From Desulfobulbus propionicus DSM 2032 (GTDB taxonomy: Bacteria > Desulfobacterota > Desulfobulbia > Desulfobulbales > Desulfobulbaceae): a stretch of 32,000 nucleotides of DNA. Both the position numbers and the translations under genes were made by a program. Below the pieces are notes generated by a model. It worked only from the letters and a program-made list of their open reading frames with translations. It ran no database searches and had not been told where the DNA came from. The DNA is taken from positions 1,260,001 through 1,292,000 of the forward strand of contig NC_014972.1 in the NCBI RefSeq assembly GCF_000186885.1, written 5' to 3'. Of the stretch, positions 26,757 through 32,000 are shown piece by piece. The stretch's first letter is position 1; the number at the start of each line of letters is the position of its first letter.

Positions 26757-26758
26757 AT
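26741..26758. promoter_or_regulatory. Second candidate HcpR/FNR-type operator ATTTGACCTTTGTCAAAT
   Basis: Perfect 7-bp arms ATTTGAC/GTCAAAT with 4-nt spacer; same architecture as the site in the hcp/regulator intergenic region; overlaps the candidate -35. Confidence 0.6.
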
Positions 26759-26927
26759 TTGGCCGGTGTTTTTTCATCCTGCGGGAATTTTTTCCGGCCA
26801 ACGTCGGCAGGGCCGCATTCTTTTTGCCGCGGCTTCCGCATAGGGATTGACAAACACGGTCGGTCCAGTCCTAATGAAGAGGGCCATGGGAATGTTTCCC
26901 AGCGGCCACCGACACCGGAGGCGCACC

Positions 26928-28682
26928 ATGAACACGGAAGTGCTGCTCTTCTATAACTTGTTCAACAACCTGGCGATTTTTATCGTCTTGGTCGCCTTGT
27001 ACGGCTTTGTGCACAAGGCGCTGCTGGGACGCCCTTCAGCCAGGCAGGTGTTGATGGGGCTGTTGTTCGGTCTCGCGACGCTCGGTTGCATGACCATCCG
27101 CCTCAATGTGGCCGAAGGGGTTATCGTGGATCAGCGCAACGCCATGATTACCTTGAGCACCCTTTTTGGCGGGCCTGTTTCCGGCTTGATGACCGTGGTC
27201 ATGGCCGCTGCTCTGCGAATTCACCTGGGCGGGGCCGGAATCGTCAGCGGCATCACCGGCATGCTGCTCGCCTTTACCGCCGGGGCGGTCCTGCGGCTGT
27301 GGCCCGGAAAACGCACGGCCCTGTTTTTTGTCTGGGGCTCGTTGTTCGCGACCCTGCTGATTTTGCCCGGTTTCCTGCTGGTGGGGGAGCTGGCCAACGG
27401 CTGGGCCCTGCTGAAAAAGATGACCGTGCCCTACGGGCTGGCCATTTTTCTGGGCATCGGCTGTGTCGGTGTACTGCTGCAGCGGGAAGAAAACGGCATA
27501 GAGGCGGAACTGCGGCTCAAGCTGTCGGAACGGCGATACCGTCAACTGTACGAGAGCATCGTCGACATCAGTTTTGAGGTGGACCATCGTGGGGTCATTC
27601 AGATGGTTTCGCCGTCGGTGGAGACCATTCTTGGCTACCGCCCCTCCGAGGTGATCGGACAGGCCATTGTCGACTTTTACAGTGAGCCCGAGCAGCGAAG
27701 CGTGTTTCTTGAAGCGATCCACGGGAATGGGGCGGTGGATAATTTCCAGGTCCAGTTCCGCCGCAAGGGCGGCGGCGATGTCTGGCTGTCGATCAATGCC
27801 CACCTTATTTTCGACGATCTGGGAAGACCAACGGGTACCCATGGGATTGCCCGCGATATTTCCAGGATAAAAAAAGCGGAAGAAGAAAAGGCGCTGCTGG
27901 AGCGATCGCTTGTCCAGAGCCAGAAAATGGAGGCCATCGGCACGCTCGCTGGCGGGATCGCCCACGATTTCAACAATATCCTCGCCGGCATCATGGGCTA
28001 TGCCGAGCTCATGCAGCGCGATCTGGCCAGGGCGTCCACCTCGCGGTTCAACGAGTACCTGCGCAACATCCTGTTCGCCTCCGAGCGCGCCCAGCATCTC
28101 ATCCGCCAGATCCTGGCCTTCAGCCGCCAATCGCCAACGGTGATGCAGCCGGTGCGCATGCGTCAGGTGATCGAGGAAGTGATCCTGCTCATCCGCGCCA
28201 GCCTGCCGACCACCATTGCCATTGAAACGCGGCTCCGCTCGGAGAGCTGTGTGATCGCCGACCAGGTGCAGATGCACCAGGTGCTGATGAATTTGTGCAC
28301 CAACGCCGGTCAGGCGATGAAGCATCAGGGCGGCACGCTGACCATCCGTCTGGACGACGTGGTGCTTGATCAGCAGATCGCCGACTGTCACCAGCGGCTG
28401 GAGCCGGGACCGTTTGTGCGCATACAGGTCAGCGATACCGGGCAGGGCATACCGGAGCATATCCGCGACCGCATTTTTGATCCCTTTTTCACCACCAAGC
28501 CACAGGGGGAAGGAACGGGGTTGGGGCTGTCCATGGTCCATGGGATCGTCAGCGCCATGAAGGGGTGCATCCTCGTGGAGTCCACCGAGGGGCGGGGCAG
28601 TTGCTTCACCCTCTACCTGCCACGAACCGAGGAGGCCGCTGACGAGACGATCCGAACGGGAATCGCCTCATCGGGAACCTGA
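26928..28682 (+). CDS. Sensor histidine kinase with N-terminal 5TMR_LYT-like membrane domain, PAS, HisKA and HATPase_c
   Basis: [41 protein letters not shown]; [19 protein letters not shown] (PAS); [28 protein letters not shown]; [41 protein letters not shown]; start at 26928. Confidence 0.92.
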   Translation: MNTEVLLFYNLFNNLAIFIVLVALYGFVHKALLGRPSARQVLMGLLFGLATLGCMTIRLNVAEGVIVDQRNAMITLSTLFGGPVSGLMTVVMAAALRIHLGGAGIVSGITGMLLAFTAGAVLRLWPGKRTALFFVWGSLFATLLILPGFLLVGELANGWALLKKMTVPYGLAIFLGIGCVGVLLQREENGIEAELRLKLSERRYRQLYESIVDISFEVDHRGVIQMVSPSVETILGYRPSEVIGQAIVDFYSEPEQRSVFLEAIHGNGAVDNFQVQFRRKGGGDVWLSINAHLIFDDLGRPTGTHGIARDISRIKKAEEEKALLERSLVQSQKMEAIGTLAGGIAHDFNNILAGIMGYAELMQRDLARASTSRFNEYLRNILFASERAQHLIRQILAFSRQSPTVMQPVRMRQVIEEVILLIRASLPTTIAIETRLRSESCVIADQVQMHQVLMNLCTNAGQAMKHQGGTLTIRLDDVVLDQQIADCHQRLEPGPFVRIQVSDTGQGIPEHIRDRIFDPFFTTKPQGEGTGLGLSMVHGIVSAMKGCILVESTEGRGSCFTLYLPRTEEAADETIRTGIASSGT

Positions 28683-28716
28683 ACGGGCTGCTTCCGGATG
28701 ACCGACCGCTCCCGGC

Positions 28717-31700
28717 TTACATCGAACGCCGGTACTGGCCGCCCACCTCGTACAGGGCCTCGGTGATCTGGCCGAGCGAACACACCCGCACCGCGTCGAT
28801 CAGCTCGCTAAAGACGTTGCCGTTGTTGATGACCGTTTGCTTGAGTTGATCCAGCATTGGGCCGGCAGCCTCCCGGTTGCGATGCTGGAACTCGCGCAGC
28901 CGCTTGATCTGCGACTGCTTTTCCTCCTCGGTGGAGCGGGCCAGCTCAATCTCGATCGGCGCTTCTCCCTTGGGATTGCGGAAGGTGTTGACGCCGATGA
29001 TCGGATAGGAGCCGTCGTGCTTCTTGTGCTCGTAGAAGAGTGATTCCTCCTGGATCTTGCTGCGCTGATAGCCGGTCTCCATGGCGCCGAGTACCCCGCC
29101 GCGCGAGGCAATGGCCTCGAATTCCTTGAGCACCGCCTCCTCGACCAGATCGGTCAACTCCTCGATGACAAAGGCTCCCTGATTGGGGTTCTCGTTCATG
29201 GCCAGGCCCCACTCGCGGTTGATGATCAGCTGGATGGCCATGGCCCGGCGCACCGATTCCTCGGTGGGGGTGGTGATGGCCTCATCAAAGGCGTTGGTGT
29301 GCAGCGAGTTGCAGTTGTCGTAGATGGCGATCAGGGCCTGGAGGGTGGTGCGGATGTCGTTGAAGGCCATCTCCTGGGCGTGCAGGGTGCGGCCCGAGGT
29401 CTGGATGTGGTACTTGAGCTTTTGCGAGCGCTCGTTCCCGCCATACTTGTGCTTCATGGCCACGGCCCAGATGCGACGGGCCACCCGGCCAATCACCGAA
29501 TACTCGGGCTCCATGCCGTTGGAGAAGAAGAAGCTTAAGTTTGGCGCGAACTCGTCGATGTGCATGCCGCGCGCCAGGTAGGCCTCGACATAGGTGAAGC
29601 CGTTGGCCAGGGTGAAGGCCAGCTGCGAGATCGGGTTGGCTCCGGCTTCGGCGATGTGGTAGCCGGAGATCGACACCGAGTAGAAGTTGCGCACCCGGTG
29701 TTGAACGAAATACTCCTGGATATCGCCCATCATCTTGAGGGCGAATTCGGTCGAGAAGATGCAGGTGTTCTGGCCCTGGTCCTCCTTGAGGATGTCGGCC
29801 TGGACCGTGCCGCGCACCGTGGAGAAAACCTGGGCGCGAAGGGCGGCGGCCTCCTCGGCGGTCGGCTGGCGGCCGTTGTCGGCCACGAACCGGTCGAGCT
29901 GTTGATCCAGGGCGGTGTTGAAGAACATCGCCAGGATGATCGGCGCCGGGCCGTTGATGGTCATCGACACCGAGGTCGAGGGCGCGCAGAGGTCAAAACC
30001 GCTGTACAGCACCTGCATGTCGTCCAGGGTGGCGATGGACACGCCCGAATTGCCGATCTTGCCGTAGATGTCCGGCCGCTCGTCCGGGTCGCAGCCATAC
30101 AGGGTCACCGAGTCAAAGGCGGTGGACAGGCGGATGGCCGGCATGCCCTCGCTGACCTGCTTGAAGCGGCGGTTGGTGCGGAAGGGGTCGCCCTCGCCGG
30201 CGAACATCCGCGTCGGGTCCTCGTTTTCCCGCTTGAACGGAAAGACGCCGGCGGTGAAGGGAAACAGGCCGGGCACGTTTTCTTTCATCAGAAAGCGGAG
30301 GATTTCGCCTTCGTCCCGGTAGCGCGGCAGGTAGACCTTGCGAATGGTCGAGCCGGAAAGGGAGGTCCGGGTCAGTTTGGTGCGGATCTCCCGGTCGCGG
30401 ACCCGGATTACATGCTCCTCGCCGCCATACTGCCGGACCAACTCGGGCCAACCGTCGAGCAGCTTCTTGGCGTGAGGATCAATTTCACCTTCTTTCCTGT
30501 CAAGCAATTCGTCGAAACTGGTCACCGGTTTGCCGCAGGTCCCGAACAGATCCTTGGCCATGGCGAGAGCCTGGCGTTCGCGCACCTTCTTGGCCTGGCT
30601 ATCGACATGCGCATGGTAGTGGCGGACACAGTCGGCGATTTCGGCCAGATAGCGGGTCCGTTCTGCCGGAACGATGGCCCGGTCGTCGGAGGCCTTGGGC
30701 ACGGCGATGTGGGGGAGTTTTCCGGACTTCAGCGCAAGGCCCAGTTCCTGCAAGGCCGGCAGCATGGCCTGGTAGAGGGCGGTGACGCCCTCGTCGTTGA
30801 AGCGGGCGGCAATGGTGGGAAAGACCGGCATCTGCTCGGCCGGGGTGGCGAATGCCTCGTGGTTGCGCTGATACTGCTTGCGCACGTCGCGCAGGGCATC
30901 CGCAGCCCCGCTGCGGTCGAACTTGTTGATGGCCACGAAGTGGGCGAAATCGAGCATGTCGATCTTCTCCAACTGCGAGGCAGCCCCAAATTCCGGGGTC
31001 ATCACATAGAGCGAGACATCGACATGGGGGACGATGGCGGCATTGCCCTGGCCGATGCCCGAGGTCTCGACGATGATCAGGTCGAATCCGGACAATTTGC
31101 AGGCCGCGATCACCTCGGGTAGGGCGGCGGAGATCTCCGAGCCGGTGTCGCGAGTGGCCAGCGAGCGCATGTAGATGTTTTCGTGCTCGATGGCGTTCAT
31201 GCGGATGCGGTCGCCGAGCAGGGCGCCGCCGGTACGCTTGCGTGAGGGATCGATGCTGATGATCGCCAGTTTCAGGCGGTCGTCCTGATCGAGGCGGAAG
31301 CGCCGCACCAGCTCATCGGTGAGCGAGGACTTGCCGGCGCCGCCGGTGCCGGTGATGCCGAGCACCGGGATGGTCCGTCCGGCCGCTTGTTCCCGGATTG
31401 CCTGGGTGAGTGCCGCCGAGGCCTCGCCGTTTTCCAGCACAGTGATCAGCCGGGCGAGCAGCCGCCGGTTGCCGGCTTGGAGTTGGTCAAGCAGCCCAGC
31501 TTCATCCGCGGGCAGCGGCGGCAGGTCGACATCTGCCAGCCGCACCACCTCGTTGATCATCCCCTGCAACCCCATCCGCTGGCCGTCCTCCGGGGTGTAG
31601 ATCCGGCTCACGCCGTAGGCGTGCAGTTCCTCCAGTTCCGCCGCCACGATCACGCCGCCGCCGCCGCCGAACACCCGGATGTTGTCGCCGCCGCCCGCTT

Positions 31701-31974
31701 TCAGCAAATCGATCATGTATTTGAAAAACTCGACATGGCCGCCTTGGTAGGAGGTGACTGCGATGCCGTGCACGTCCTCCTGGAGAGCGGCGGTGACGAT
31801 CTCCCGCACCGAACGGTTATGGCCCAGGTGGATGACCTCCACCCCGGTGGCCTGGAGAATGCGGCGCATGATGTTGATGGTGGCGTCGTGGCCGTCGAAC
31901 AGCGAGGCGGCGGTGACGAAACGGACCTTGTGGGTGGGGATGTCGTGCGCGGTGTGACCGGCGGGGAGGGGCAT
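28717..31974 (-). CDS. icmF: Fused isobutyryl-CoA mutase (B12-binding + MeaB-like GTPase + mutase large subunit)
   Basis: 1085 aa; [17 protein letters not shown] and GGGGGVIV B12-binding region; [18 protein letters not shown]-loop; mutase core [25 protein letters not shown] and [25 protein letters not shown]; AAGGAG SD before ATG at 31974. Confidence 0.93.
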   Translation of the reverse strand: MPLPAGHTAHDIPTHKVRFVTAASLFDGHDATINIMRRILQATGVEVIHLGHNRSVREIVTAALQEDVHGIAVTSYQGGHVEFFKYMIDLLKAGGGDNIRVFGGGGGVIVAAELEELHAYGVSRIYTPEDGQRMGLQGMINEVVRLADVDLPPLPADEAGLLDQLQAGNRRLLARLITVLENGEASAALTQAIREQAAGRTIPVLGITGTGGAGKSSLTDELVRRFRLDQDDRLKLAIISIDPSRKRTGGALLGDRIRMNAIEHENIYMRSLATRDTGSEISAALPEVIAACKLSGFDLIIVETSGIGQGNAAIVPHVDVSLYVMTPEFGAASQLEKIDMLDFAHFVAINKFDRSGAADALRDVRKQYQRNHEAFATPAEQMPVFPTIAARFNDEGVTALYQAMLPALQELGLALKSGKLPHIAVPKASDDRAIVPAERTRYLAEIADCVRHYHAHVDSQAKKVRERQALAMAKDLFGTCGKPVTSFDELLDRKEGEIDPHAKKLLDGWPELVRQYGGEEHVIRVRDREIRTKLTRTSLSGSTIRKVYLPRYRDEGEILRFLMKENVPGLFPFTAGVFPFKRENEDPTRMFAGEGDPFRTNRRFKQVSEGMPAIRLSTAFDSVTLYGCDPDERPDIYGKIGNSGVSIATLDDMQVLYSGFDLCAPSTSVSMTINGPAPIILAMFFNTALDQQLDRFVADNGRQPTAEEAAALRAQVFSTVRGTVQADILKEDQGQNTCIFSTEFALKMMGDIQEYFVQHRVRNFYSVSISGYHIAEAGANPISQLAFTLANGFTYVEAYLARGMHIDEFAPNLSFFFSNGMEPEYSVIGRVARRIWAVAMKHKYGGNERSQKLKYHIQTSGRTLHAQEMAFNDIRTTLQALIAIYDNCNSLHTNAFDEAITTPTEESVRRAMAIQLIINREWGLAMNENPNQGAFVIEELTDLVEEAVLKEFEAIASRGGVLGAMETGYQRSKIQEESLFYEHKKHDGSYPIIGVNTFRNPKGEAPIEIELARSTEEEKQSQIKRLREFQHRNREAAGPMLDQLKQTVINNGNVFSELIDAVRVCSLGQITEALYEVGGQYRRSM

Positions 31975-32000
31975 GGTGGATCTCCTTGTACAGGTTGAGG

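Noticed and set aside
29560-31122. 520-aa plus-strand ORF
   Set aside because: Antisense to icmF; no recognisable domain.
1-32000. CRISPR arrays, transposases, phage genes or a multi-gene defence island
   Set aside because: No regularly spaced direct repeats, transposase or phage structural motifs, or cas-like genes were seen. The accessory-looking element is essentially the single cytolysin gene.

Overview
High-GC, densely packed chromosomal window. Gene families (class I Hcp with a Crp/Fnr regulator, small assimilatory-type sulfite reductase, fused B12 mutase, Cache-domain MCPs) suggest a sulfate-reducing deltaproteobacterium of the Desulfobulbus type (inference). Main loci: 3' end of a NifX/NifB-like protein; three MCPs with different periplasmic sensors; shikimate kinase; an hcp / small sulfite reductase / ferredoxin cluster divergent from an HcpR-like regulator; a Phenol_MetA_deg-type outer-membrane protein; a cholesterol-dependent cytolysin (CDC); a zinc-ribbon trypsin-like protease; a SpmA-SpmB fusion with aguB/aguA; a Trm112-like methyltransferase paired with a molybdopterin oxidoreductase; UspA; a zincin; an Fsr-type MFS transporter; DUF2293; a 5TMR_LYT histidine kinase; and IcmF. 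The standout is the CDC at 8968-10395: a leaderless pore-forming toxin with a near-canonical undecapeptide in an apparently Gram-negative genome. CDCs of this kind have been reported from Desulfobulbus propionicus (desulfolysin) and Enterobacter lignolyticus, so the family is not new, although its local context and function remain open. Other leads are a second HcpR/FNR-like palindrome overlapping a predicted promoter of an MCP, and a strong intrinsic terminator placed immediately before the Shine-Dalgarno of the Fsr-type transporter (possible attenuation). No CRISPR array, rRNA, tRNA or transposase was found by eye.
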